A DNA stretch of 37,876 bases from positions 1 through 37,876 of IMG/VR virus record IMGVR_UViG_3300005805_000009; one strand, 5' to 3'. This DNA is from a virus (Duplodnaviria; Caudoviricetes). Below are positions 24,752 through 33,958 of the stretch, one piece after another; within the stretch, counting starts at the first letter, position 1, and each line of letters opens with the position of its first letter. The translations under genes were made by a program, and so were the position numbers. Below the pieces are notes generated by a model. That model did no database searches, was not told the origin of the DNA, and saw nothing but the letters and a program-made list of their open reading frames with translations.

Positions 24752-26736
24752 CGTGAAGTTTTTTCAATTACAACATTTCGTTTCCATTCGTGTCTGCAAT
24801 ATGGAGTTGTTACACCTGTATCTGGGTTTGTGTACCATCCACCGCATAATTGAAACACAGAATATCCTAATTGGTCGCTGATATTTTGTATTTCCTCTCT
24901 TGTGAAATATAACTTACCACCATAAAGTTTTTGACACAATGGTCTGCTCTGTGATAATGGCTTCGGTACATTAGGCCTTTCCTCATAACTATATAAAATC
25001 TTGTAAGAAGTGATAGGGGTTAATTTCCTAATCGCTGAATCACCAATTTTAGTTACTGACCTTGTAATTGTACCATCTCTGCTAATTTTTTCTTTGATAA
25101 CCCCATCATCTAACAAAGTATTCAACCTGTCTGTTACAACACTTTTGCTTACACCTGCCTTTTTTGCAATATCTTCTATTGTTGCGTTTGGATTACCCTT
25201 GATAGCAGCCACAATGTTTTCCTGTACTGCGTTCAATGTATATTCAGCAAAATCTTGGTTTCTAGTAAACTCATCCATATCGCTAAAAAACATTCTGTCT
25301 TGTTGTAATTGGATAAAGTTTTCTTGTGGTAAACCTTTGCCTTCAAATAATGCTAGTATTTCGTGGTCATTTTTAGTATGACTACAAGAAATTGCCATAG
25401 TTTCTGTTGGAACAGGTGTAACAACCGCTTGTTCTTGTACTTGTGGAGTTAATCCAACTAAACTTCTTAATTCATCTTGATTCATATTTTCTAACACTTT
25501 CTGTAATAGTGTAGGATTCAATGAATTAAGTGAATTAATTAGATTTTGACTAGAATCACTTTCTTGTTTTTCAATCATTGGTAAACTTAACTTCTCTCTA
25601 ATCTCATCCTGTGTCATATTCGCACTAATAATAGCCTCACCAAATTGGAATGAAATAGGTTCAGTTTTGTTCAATAGCATTTCAGCCGTAATATCATTGA
25701 AAGAATATAGATAGTTGATAACCTGTTCTATCTCCTTTTGCTTGGCATTGATGTATGTATTTTGAAATAACTCACTAGCCTCACGTAATTCTGCCCTTCC
25801 ACCTAATTGGCCTTCTGTTTTGATACCAAATAGCATAGGACTTGTAACCTTATGACCGCTAAATATCTCCTGTTGCACACTTTTGTTCAATAGGTCAAAG
25901 TGCTTGTCAAGTTCAGTACCGCTTAAATCAATTATAGATGGCTCATTTTCCTTGCTATCGCTGAATGCTAACATAAACTTACCCGCATTCTTTGAGCCGC
26001 TAAATTTGTCTTTAAATAGTTTTTCAATCCTGTTTTCTTCTTCCTCACTAACCCTACCACCATTGAGGTTGATAAGTTTGGAACTGAACATTCCATTGTT
26101 AATACTATTCAAGTGGTATTCGCCTATACAAATATCTAGTTCTATATAAGAAATAGCACCACGATAGTCCGGAAGCGAATAAATATTACAACCTGCTCTA
26201 TATTCCTTGAAATATAGGATTTGACTTCCTTTTCTATTGTTTTCATCAAACTTTGGATATTCTAGATAGTTCGGTCTAGGGTTTACCTGTCCGTTTTTAA
26301 TCCAATCATCAGCAACGTAATATGAATTGTTAATAGAATTAGTTCTAACCTTGTAATAATCCAAATGATATAGTTCAGCAATCTCTCCTGTGCCTTTGCT
26401 CCAAATAACTTGTAAGTAGTAACCACCGAATATTGATAAGTCAGTAGCCATTTTTTTAGTCAAGTCAGTTAGGCTTTCACCTTTTGTATTAACCTTATCA
26501 ACAACAGAATAGGCTTTCGCTTTTGCCATTTCATCTTCGGACTTAACTTCCCATCCATTACCGCAGATATAATCCACCTTGCCTGTAATAATTGCATTGT
26601 GTTTAGCACTATTGTTGTATAAACGCAATAAATAATCGGGATAATCGTTTTTTTCTCCGTAATAAATCCAATCCTTGCCCTTCACTTCTTTATAAACTGG
26701 CAATGGCACTTGGTCAAACTTTAAGAATTTAATCAT
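24748..26736 (-). CDS. Portal protein with C-terminal HTH and Cys/His (MuF-like) extension
   Basis: YGEKNDYP, SAKHNAI, GSKNAG, HKVTSPMLFGI portal motifs; then an HTH and SRPLC...GG...CRHEW. Confidence 0.8.
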   Translation of the reverse strand: MIKFLKFDQVPLPVYKEVKGKDWIYYGEKNDYPDYLLRLYNNSAKHNAIITGKVDYICGNGWEVKSEDEMAKAKAYSVVDKVNTKGESLTDLTKKMATDLSIFGGYYLQVIWSKGTGEIAELYHLDYYKVRTNSINNSYYVADDWIKNGQVNPRPNYLEYPKFDENNRKGSQILYFKEYRAGCNIYSLPDYRGAISYIELDICIGEYHLNSINNGMFSSKLINLNGGRVSEEEENRIEKLFKDKFSGSKNAGKFMLAFSDSKENEPSIIDLSGTELDKHFDLLNKSVQQEIFSGHKVTSPMLFGIKTEGQLGGRAELREASELFQNTYINAKQKEIEQVINYLYSFNDITAEMLLNKTEPISFQFGEAIISANMTQDEIREKLSLPMIEKQESDSSQNLINSLNSLNPTLLQKVLENMNQDELRSLVGLTPQVQEQAVVTPVPTETMAISCSHTKNDHEILALFEGKGLPQENFIQLQQDRMFFSDMDEFTRNQDFAEYTLNAVQENIVAAIKGNPNATIEDIAKKAGVSKSVVTDRLNTLLDDGVIKEKISRDGTITRSVTKIGDSAIRKLTPITSYKILYSYEERPNVPKPLSQSRPLCQKLYGGKLYFTREEIQNISDQLGYSVFQLCGGWYTNPDTGVTTPYCRHEWKRNVVIEKTSR

Positions 26737-27089
26737 ACTGTATATGTTTTATATGAGCCATTATACCCATTGTATCTAATGACATCTGTATCACTTAAAT
26801 TGGTATCTACTAATTCAAATTTACCTGTTGCTATAATCGTTGCACCGCTTCCTGCTTGTGTAACATAATATCTCCAAAACCCTATTGTCTTTGTATTGAA
26901 CGCAGTATTCAATACTTGGAACTTTGAATATCTTGTTTTGAAGGCACTAACATCTGTCAAAGTCAAACTGACCTGTTCGTTAGTCACTTCGTTTACAAAT
27001 AATATGGTATAGGAATCACTTGAAGTTAATCTTTTGTCCTGTAAACTCAAATATATGTACCCTGTAACATTTTTTGTAAGTCTAATCAT
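26733..27089 (-). CDS. Hypothetical structural protein (start revised to MIRLTKN, 27089)
   Basis: Late-promoter motif 5 nt upstream of this ATG; the longer start would span a terminator. Confidence 0.6.
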   Translation of the reverse strand: MIRLTKNVTGYIYLSLQDKRLTSSDSYTILFVNEVTNEQVSLTLTDVSAFKTRYSKFQVLNTAFNTKTIGFWRYYVTQAGSGATIIATGKFELVDTNLSDTDVIRYNGYNGSYKTYTV

Positions 27090-27094
27090 AATAG

Positions 27095-27120
27095 TAAATA
27101 TAATAAATAAGTACTTGTAT
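27095..27120 (-). promoter_or_regulatory. Putative phage late promoter, copy 3
   Basis: ATAC-N15-ATATTTA-N5-ATG(27089). Confidence 0.6.
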
Positions 27121-27146
27121 AAAAAAAGGCACCCAAAAGAGTGCCT
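27121..27146 (-). terminator. Rho-independent terminator after the major tail gene
   Basis: AGGCACTC-TTTT-GGGTGCCT followed by a T-run. Confidence 0.85.
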
Positions 27147-27180
27147 AATTTCAAAAAACCATATGTAAACAAACCAAATC

Positions 27181-27684
27181 CTAAACAATAGGTATAGCCG
27201 CAGTTACTTTCGGTGCTAATTCTTTCTCATTTCCTGTGAAAGTTAGTGTGTAACCACTTCTATCACCGAATGCAGTACCTGTCGCACTACCGCCACCTGT
27301 CAAATCCAAACCATACGCAACTCCCAAGAACCAATTATCTCCGTTGTTATCTGTTGCGATTACTGCTAATCTATTTTTAGCCAAAAGCAAGATTTCATTT
27401 CTAGTGTTTACTTGCAATTTATTTAGAATTACTTCTAATGTTTGAGTGTAGAATACTGTACCATTCTGTACATTGGTATTTACTGCTTCTGCAAAGTTAG
27501 AACTTTCTTTTACAAGTTCATATTTGTAGAATTTTTTACCTACATCCATAGTCAAAGTAGTAACTACACCACTCGCCTGAGTGACAGTCCCTAAATCTTC
27601 CCATGGAGCGAAGTAAACGGCAGTTAAACCTCCTACGCTATCTTTACAATCAAGGGTGTAACCTTGTGTTAATGCACATGCCAT
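27181..27684 (-). CDS. Probable major tail (tube) protein
   Basis: MAC.LT.G...DCKDSVGG, NGTVFY.Q, GD..GYTLTF; directly follows the capsid gene. Confidence 0.65.
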   Translation of the reverse strand: MACALTQGYTLDCKDSVGGLTAVYFAPWEDLGTVTQASGVVTTLTMDVGKKFYKYELVKESSNFAEAVNTNVQNGTVFYTQTLEVILNKLQVNTRNEILLLAKNRLAVIATDNNGDNWFLGVAYGLDLTGGGSATGTAFGDRSGYTLTFTGNEKELAPKVTAAIPIV

Positions 27685-27707
27685 ATTGATAAATTTATTT
27701 AGTTAAA

Positions 27708-27729
27708 GGGTGGAGTATTACCCCCACCC
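27708..27729 (-). terminator. Hairpin after the major capsid gene (weak terminator or RNA stabiliser)
   Basis: GGGTGGGG-GTAATA-CTCCACCC followed by TTT. Confidence 0.55.
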
Positions 27730-27742
27730 ATATTTTTTTCTA

Positions 27743-28693
27743 TTAAGATGCTTTCTTCCAGAAAACAATCTCATCTGTGAATGCTACTTGACAACCTAAT
27801 TTGAATTCTACTACGAATCTCATTTCGTCTGCCTCTTTTGCATAGAACAACTCAAATTTATCTTGCTCATTCAACATATCTGTACCCAAGTACATGTTGC
27901 TCATACAAATACCAACCATATAGTCAGTTCCGTTCAAACCATTCACACCAATCAATTTGATGTTTGTACCTGCAATTACAATCTCCATATTTGCAGCATC
28001 AACAGAGTAGTGGAACAAGTTAGCCTCACGAAGTGCTACTACATATTCGCGGAATGTATCGTTACCACAGAAGATAACAAAATCATCCTTATCTAAAAGA
28101 GCAGCAGGGATTGACAAGAAGATGTCATCAAGTGCTTGTCTTACGTTAGATTTAGTCAAAGTAGTCAAAGCACTTACGTTTCCGTTGATTGGGTCGCCCG
28201 CACCACCGAAACCAAGAGCATTGATAATAGTTGCAAAACCATTGAATTTGTTCAATTGACCATTAACACTAGTCGTGTCGCCTTGCCAAATCGCAGTTTC
28301 AAGAGCCGCACCAATTCTTTGAACTTTTTGATTAGTGAAATCAGTTGCGTATGCCATATAATCATAAGTAGAACCAACTCTTAAAGCCTTTTGAGTATAC
28401 TTCGCTTCAAAAGTTTTAGGGCAGATAGCCTCTTGTACTTTGATTTTACCTACTGTAATTTGTCTTTGTGTGATAGTAGTTGTACCACTAGCATTAAATC
28501 CGCAAGTTCCACCCGCTTGGAATACCGCATCGGTAGTCAATACGTTGATAGTTTCTGCTGATTTGATACCTACTTGTACATTACCTTTCGCTTCAATCAA
28601 AGAAGCAGTTTTCGCACTGAAAATAGCAGCCGCAGTTAGTTGCTGGGCATTTTCTTCTACGTAGTTCGTAAGTGCTGTTAAATCTAATGCCAT
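27743..28693 (-). CDS. Major capsid protein
   Basis: 316 aa following protease and scaffold genes; IWQGD...FNGF motif; followed by a hairpin. Confidence 0.8.
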   Translation of the reverse strand: MALDLTALTNYVEENAQQLTAAAIFSAKTASLIEAKGNVQVGIKSAETINVLTTDAVFQAGGTCGFNASGTTTITQRQITVGKIKVQEAICPKTFEAKYTQKALRVGSTYDYMAYATDFTNQKVQRIGAALETAIWQGDTTSVNGQLNKFNGFATIINALGFGGAGDPINGNVSALTTLTKSNVRQALDDIFLSIPAALLDKDDFVIFCGNDTFREYVVALREANLFHYSVDAANMEIVIAGTNIKLIGVNGLNGTDYMVGICMSNMYLGTDMLNEQDKFELFYAKEADEMRFVVEFKLGCQVAFTDEIVFWKKAS

Positions 28694-28694
28694 A

Positions 28695-29294
28695 TTATTT
28701 TGTTTTTAAATTTTGAAATACTTGTTGTAATTTATTAAATTGTTGTTGTTTAGCGTCTTTAACTTCTTTATAAAAAGTATTAGGCTTTTGAATTGGGTCA
28801 GCCGATGGTTCAGTTGCCAAAGTTTCCAAAACTTGTGCAGACAATTTGATTGCCTCACTCATTTTTTCTTCTTTATTACCCATTTCCTCTAATTTTTTAG
28901 CCATTTCTTCAACTTTCTTTTCAAGTGCTGCATATTTTTCTTCCATAGCAGACATTTTCTCGTCAATCTTTGGCTTTTCATCTTCGGCAGGAGCATCTTC
29001 TTTTGCAGCCTCAACCTCAACTTCTACTTTTGGTTCGCTTTCAGCCTTTTTAACTTCTGCGATTTTACCTTCTTCAACCACAACGATTACCTCGCCTGAT
29101 TCAAGTTTGTGTTCGCCAACAGGTGCAGGCATATTCGCCCCATCTTGACCAACCACATAGATTTCGCCACTCTCTAAATCGTATTTGACAGCAGTTCCAT
29201 CTTCCAATTTGCCATCTGTTAAGGCAAACTTTTCTTTACTATTCTCTGTGAATAGCAAGTTTTTGATTTCTTGTAATGCTTCTTTTGCGTTCAT
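28695..29294 (-). CDS. Capsid scaffolding protein
   Basis: LEDG, P.P.GEH.LESG motifs and an acidic coiled coil; lies between protease and MCP. Confidence 0.7.
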   Translation of the reverse strand: MNAKEALQEIKNLLFTENSKEKFALTDGKLEDGTAVKYDLESGEIYVVGQDGANMPAPVGEHKLESGEVIVVVEEGKIAEVKKAESEPKVEVEVEAAKEDAPAEDEKPKIDEKMSAMEEKYAALEKKVEEMAKKLEEMGNKEEKMSEAIKLSAQVLETLATEPSADPIQKPNTFYKEVKDAKQQQFNKLQQVFQNLKTK

Positions 29295-29299
29295 AATTG

Positions 29300-29325
29300 T
29301 AAATATTAATTTTTAATTAGTGTTC
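29300..29325 (-). promoter_or_regulatory. Putative phage late promoter, copy 4
   Basis: GAAC-N15-ATATTTA-N5-ATG(29294). Confidence 0.65.
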
Positions 29326-30249
29326 AATTTGTGATAAAATATTTATGATTTTAGACATCATAATTTCTTCTTCTGTTATTGTTTCATTTGTTTTTTCGTA
29401 TCTAAACATCCCCTCAACACTAAATCCTTTGAATGTACCTTCCTTAACCATTTCCCAAATCTTTTCATTATCCACCTTGAAAGTTCCAAACCAACTGCCA
29501 TCAGCCACATCCTCAAATCCCTTTGGTGGCATAACACCTTTCTCTCTATCAATAATATAACTTTCGTACATATACACTCCCTCAACGGGTTTGCTATGCT
29601 CTAAATTAACTTTACCCTGATAGCCTTTCTTGAAAAACCTTTGTACAATCTTCATTATTTCTTCTGCACTAAATACAACATAGTATTCAGCATCCTCATC
29701 CCTACGATATATAGGTAAATCGGCAATCATCAATGGACCTGTAACAATCTTTTGTTCTTCATCTTGTATAGCAAACCTATTATGTATGCTATTTTCCTGT
29801 AATTCTCCTAGTTGTCTTAACTTATTTCTACTCCAACCCAATGCAGCCTTACCACCCCATGCATCATACATCAACTTACCACATCCATCACCATAACTTT
29901 TAGATGAATTTAAGTCGGCTTCGTGTCTGCTCAAATAAGAATACATCCTTTTGATAGTTTCTAGGGATATGGCTTCGCCACTAGCGAGTTGATTTGCTCT
30001 TTGTTTTCCAACAGGAGTACCGCAAGAACCCCATCCATTCTTTTCTGCATACTCTAAAACCCTTTTTGCGTTATTTTTAACACCATCTGGATAGTCAGCG
30101 TATGATTCAAAATCTTCTTTATCTTCGTTGAATGCTATAAAATTTTTCTGTATAGCAGGATATTCCACCAATGCTACGTAATCAACTTCTTCCTCACCCT
30201 CAATAGTGTCGGAAATACGCATTTTATATATAGGTAATTTCACTTTCAT
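29317..30249 (-). CDS. Prohead protease, XkdF-like, with an inserted helical domain
   Basis: VALVEYPAI, IVTGPLMI...IYR, VNLEH, GSW, KGFSVEG. Confidence 0.8.
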   Translation of the reverse strand: MKVKLPIYKMRISDTIEGEEEVDYVALVEYPAIQKNFIAFNEDKEDFESYADYPDGVKNNAKRVLEYAEKNGWGSCGTPVGKQRANQLASGEAISLETIKRMYSYLSRHEADLNSSKSYGDGCGKLMYDAWGGKAALGWSRNKLRQLGELQENSIHNRFAIQDEEQKIVTGPLMIADLPIYRRDEDAEYYVVFSAEEIMKIVQRFFKKGYQGKVNLEHSKPVEGVYMYESYIIDREKGVMPPKGFEDVADGSWFGTFKVDNEKIWEMVKEGTFKGFSVEGMFRYEKTNETITEEEIMMSKIINILSQIEH

Positions 30250-30254
30250 AGTTA

Positions 30255-30281
30255 TAAATATTAAAATCCTGCCCTACGTTC
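30255..30281 (-). promoter_or_regulatory. Putative phage late promoter, copy 5
   Basis: GAAC-N16-ATATTTA-N5-ATG(30249). Confidence 0.65.
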
Positions 30282-32447
30282 AATATCGGCTACCCTTCTT
30301 TGTGTTCCTGTTACCTCACTTTCTACTACGAATGCCCTAATTGGCTTTTGATTTTGCATAACATTGGCTATCGCCGTTACAGGACTGCTTCCCAAAGTCG
30401 GTACTGCTGATGCCGTTGCAGGTGCAGTTGTGCTAATACTAGGTGCTGATGCTCCACCACCACTCGGAACTTTTGTTTTGGCTATCTCACGAATAGATTT
30501 GATACCACTAGCAATAATTACACCTGCTTGTGCTATACGTATAATAGTTGCCAATGGTTCAGGAGCGGGAACTTTACTATTTAAGGCCTGTGTCGCACCT
30601 GTATATGTGTTAATTGTTGCAGCCGCAATCGCCAAACCTTTACCTGCTGCCGTATCTTTACCTGCTAGGTCGGACATAGAACTTAAAATACCTGCTACTT
30701 GTTGAGCAACCTGCATTTTAGCCTGTACACTAGCCTCATCAATCTTTTTTTGTTCTTCTGCATTAGCACGTAAGAAATTGGTATACTCTGTTTGGCTCAT
30801 TCTACCATTTTCAAACTCTGTTTTTGCTAGTGCTAACTTTTTAGCGGCTAAATCTTTTTGTATATTAAACTGAAATTCAGATTGTTTCATTTGATAATCC
30901 AAATCAGCCACATCTTGATTGAACTTTTGTGCTTTTCTTTGATTTTCAAGTAAATCTAATTCAGTATTTTCCTTTTGTTGTAATGCTTTTTTAAGTGCTA
31001 ATTTCTGTTCAGCCGTATATTTTTCATTAGCATCAATATCAGCGTATTGTTGTTGGTAGTTAGCCAATAATTCTTGCTTCGCCCTTTCGTTTTCATCCTT
31101 TATAGCGGACAATCTAGCCTCTGTTCGTGCCTTATTTAACTCCTTATCAAATGCTAATTGCTTTTCTGCTTCCTCTTTTGCATATTTTTCACGAATATCA
31201 GACAATTCCTTTTGTCTAGCGGCTTCTAAACTGCCATCATCTTTAACACCTGCCTCTTTTAATTTCTTAAATTTCTCTTTATATGCTTCCTCAACTGCTG
31301 CTTCCTCTTGTTTTTGCTTTTCTAAAAGTTTATTTTTAGCCTCTTGAAGTATTTTTTGTGCTTCTAATTCTTTGGCATCTTGTTTTTCTTTATCTGCTTT
31401 CGTTTTATCTGCCGCAGTTTTATCAATTCCTTGTATTGCTAATTGGAATCCTGCTCTTTTTTCTTTTAGTTTATTCAAACTTGCTTCTGCTTCCTTAATT
31501 GTAGCATCCCCTTCTTTTGCAGTTTCCTCTGGGTCAAATACCATCTTGGCTATACCACCTGTGAAGCCTTCTGCTAGTCCAAAATTCTTCCCTAATGCCT
31601 TTCCAACTTGGTCAATCATTGCCAATACGGCAACCAAAGGTGCTGATAAGAAGGTAATAATACCTTGTAATATTTCTTTGTTCCTTTGTGCTGCTTTTAC
31701 CTGTGCATCTTTTGTCGCTTTTGCATTTTGCAAATTGATTTCAGCAGCCTTAATCGCCTCATCACTTTGTTTTATCTTGATATTTAGAATATCCTTTTCA
31801 CTTTTACCTTGCAGTTTAAGTTGATTAGATTGTCCATCTATCGCTTCTAATTTATCTTCCTGTGTTTTTAAGTTTTCTTTTGAACTTTCATTTAGTTTTT
31901 TCTGTTCCTTACTAACACCGCCTACTGCTGCCTTTATATCATCCCAATAGGCTACTAATAAACCAACCGCAACAACCAAAGCACCTATCCCCGTAGAGAT
32001 AAGTGCTTTCTTAAATCCTTCCGCACCTGCGGTAAGTCCTTTAAAAGAAATTTTTAGTTGTTCGCCTACTTTCCCAATGTCTTTTAATTGAGATAAGCCT
32101 TGTGATAATGCCATAGCACCCTGTACCTTCTGCAAAGTTTTGGCCACATCATCACTTTGACTGCCAAACAATGCCATAGCACCTGATACCGCAGAAATAC
32201 CTGCCGCAGCCGTACTCGCTGCCGTAGTTAATGCTTGAAAACGCTTTCCGGGGTCAAACAATGCTGCTTGTTCACCTGCTGCTTCTATCTCATCTTTGAT
32301 AGCGGCAACTTTATTTGCAGCATCAATCGCTTCCTTACTAAACTCACCGAACTTTTGTCTAGCAGCCTGTAATGAAACAGTCGCCTCTTTAAGTTGGGAC
32401 TTTAAGGGTTTTACATCAACGTCAAGTATTAAACTATTTTCTGCCAT
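30261..32447 (-). CDS. Probable tail tape measure protein (728 aa)
   Basis: Ala/Lys/Glu-rich helical protein with STGIGALVVAVGLLVAYWD hydrophobic segment. Confidence 0.7.
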   Translation of the reverse strand: MAENSLILDVDVKPLKSQLKEATVSLQAARQKFGEFSKEAIDAANKVAAIKDEIEAAGEQAALFDPGKRFQALTTAASTAAAGISAVSGAMALFGSQSDDVAKTLQKVQGAMALSQGLSQLKDIGKVGEQLKISFKGLTAGAEGFKKALISTGIGALVVAVGLLVAYWDDIKAAVGGVSKEQKKLNESSKENLKTQEDKLEAIDGQSNQLKLQGKSEKDILNIKIKQSDEAIKAAEINLQNAKATKDAQVKAAQRNKEILQGIITFLSAPLVAVLAMIDQVGKALGKNFGLAEGFTGGIAKMVFDPEETAKEGDATIKEAEASLNKLKEKRAGFQLAIQGIDKTAADKTKADKEKQDAKELEAQKILQEAKNKLLEKQKQEEAAVEEAYKEKFKKLKEAGVKDDGSLEAARQKELSDIREKYAKEEAEKQLAFDKELNKARTEARLSAIKDENERAKQELLANYQQQYADIDANEKYTAEQKLALKKALQQKENTELDLLENQRKAQKFNQDVADLDYQMKQSEFQFNIQKDLAAKKLALAKTEFENGRMSQTEYTNFLRANAEEQKKIDEASVQAKMQVAQQVAGILSSMSDLAGKDTAAGKGLAIAAATINTYTGATQALNSKVPAPEPLATIIRIAQAGVIIASGIKSIREIAKTKVPSGGGASAPSISTTAPATASAVPTLGSSPVTAIANVMQNQKPIRAFVVESEVTGTQRRVADIERRAGF

Positions 32448-32719
32448 TAATCAAATAATTCAAGCAATTGTGCTTTCGCTAGGATAGTCAACTGCTCATT
32501 GTTTGTAATAAAATCTTTTAAAGTTTGAGTGTCAGATTTATCTAGTTCAAGTTCTTTACCTTCATGTAATTTTAATGCCCATCCGTAGTATTTAATAGCA
32601 TCGCCTTTCGTTCCTGCAACTAATTGGTCTGCTAAAACATTACCTAATGTAACATCTTTACCATTTTGGTCTTTAACTACTTGTCCACTCAATGTTGTGA
32701 TTGATTTGTTGAAATTCAT
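32447..32719 (-). CDS. Hypothetical protein
   Basis: ORF abutting the tape measure start. Confidence 0.65.
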   Translation of the reverse strand: MNFNKSITTLSGQVVKDQNGKDVTLGNVLADQLVAGTKGDAIKYYGWALKLHEGKELELDKSDTQTLKDFITNNEQLTILAKAQLLELFD

Positions 32720-32737
32720 GTTTTTTTGTTTTTATAA

Positions 32738-33004
32738 TTATGAAATAATTTGCAAATTTAATTTATTAGCAACCCAATTGAAAGCATATTCGTTTGTTTC
32801 CCACAAATCATATTCTTCACCTTCCATCATTAATTGGTCAGCGATTAATCTGTTTCCAACACTACCATCTTCTTTTGCAGAATACAATGAATAACTAAAT
32901 ACTGCATTTGTTGATAGGTTATCTTGTGTACAATAAACTAATAAGAATACTGCTTCATGGATTGAACCATTATACCACATTGGTACTGATTGAATTTTTT
33001 TCAT
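32738..33004 (-). CDS. Hypothetical tail-fibre-associated protein
   Basis: Small ORF after the fibre and LamG genes. Confidence 0.6.
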   Translation of the reverse strand: MKKIQSVPMWYNGSIHEAVFLLVYCTQDNLSTNAVFSYSLYSAKEDGSVGNRLIADQLMMEGEEYDLWETNEYAFNWVANKLNLQIIS

Positions 33005-33031
33005 TTTTATTTTTTTGTAAAGTTAATAATT

Positions 33032-33958
33032 TTATATATCATATCTTATCCTTGTTCTATAATTAAAATCATTCATTGGAATATTGTTGAACCATATAGG
33101 ATATGTAGCAACAAGTCCTAGTTCACCTTCTAACCATTGATTATATCTTAATCCTGCAAAACATCCCCAATTCGCATCAGTAGATACACTAACAGATGTA
33201 GTAAAAACATTTGTGTATTGTGTTCCATCTACGAATAAACTTAAAATACCGCCACCACCACCAAATGCTAGACCCATCATATACCATTTTCCTGATACAA
33301 ATGCAGGAATACCACCTGCACCAAATGTTAAACGAGCAGTTACAACAGAACCTGATGTACCATTCCATCTTTCATATTGTATAAATGTACCTGATGTATT
33401 TGATATGTATACACTTTGACCTATTGGGGTGCTACCACTTCTACCTTCACAAGCGATTATGCCATTGAAACTTGTTGGGAAACCTGTACATCTAAACCAT
33501 GCTATCCATGTAAATTGTTGTGTACCACCATATTTTGCTATATCATTCAATCTTACTGAATATTGCCCTGTTGGTGATGTTTGTATTCTTCCTGGATATG
33601 TAGTTGTATAATTAGCAACATTAACAGGAGTACCATTATTTGTTCCTGTTACAAATGTTCCATTTCTACCATTACCACTTGTATCAATAATAGCACTTGA
33701 ATTTGTTGGGTATCTTGAACTTAAACCAAAATCATGTAATATATCAGGACTTTCATATTTGAAACCATATCCTGCCCAATTATAAAAACTACTGATGCTT
33801 GTAGCATATTGAACATAAATACCATCCCATACAAAGTTTTTAGAAGTTAGTTTAGATAACTGACCTAATGAATATGGGGTAACAACACCAACAGAATTTG
33901 CTCCATCTGTTACTGCTATTCTTGACAATGATAATGTTCCACTACTTGGTAAAGGCAT
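33032..33958 (-). CDS. Concanavalin A/LamG-like jelly-roll virion protein, probable receptor-binding
   Basis: N-terminal MPLPSSGTLSL, DTSGNGRNGT, FTWIAWF, GKWY, LFVDG. Confidence 0.75.
   Translation of the reverse strand: MPLPSSGTLSLSRIAVTDGANSVGVVTPYSLGQLSKLTSKNFVWDGIYVQYATSISSFYNWAGYGFKYESPDILHDFGLSSRYPTNSSAIIDTSGNGRNGTFVTGTNNGTPVNVANYTTTYPGRIQTSPTGQYSVRLNDIAKYGGTQQFTWIAWFRCTGFPTSFNGIIACEGRSGSTPIGQSVYISNTSGTFIQYERWNGTSGSVVTARLTFGAGGIPAFVSGKWYMMGLAFGGGGGILSLFVDGTQYTNVFTTSVSVSTDANWGCFAGLRYNQWLEGELGLVATYPIWFNNIPMNDFNYRTRIRYDI

Noticed and set aside
26733-27188. Long start for this ORF (likewise 22814, 21494, 19279, 16261)
   Set aside because: These extensions overlap terminators, RNA elements or neighbouring genes; downstream ATGs fit the coupling and promoter evidence better.
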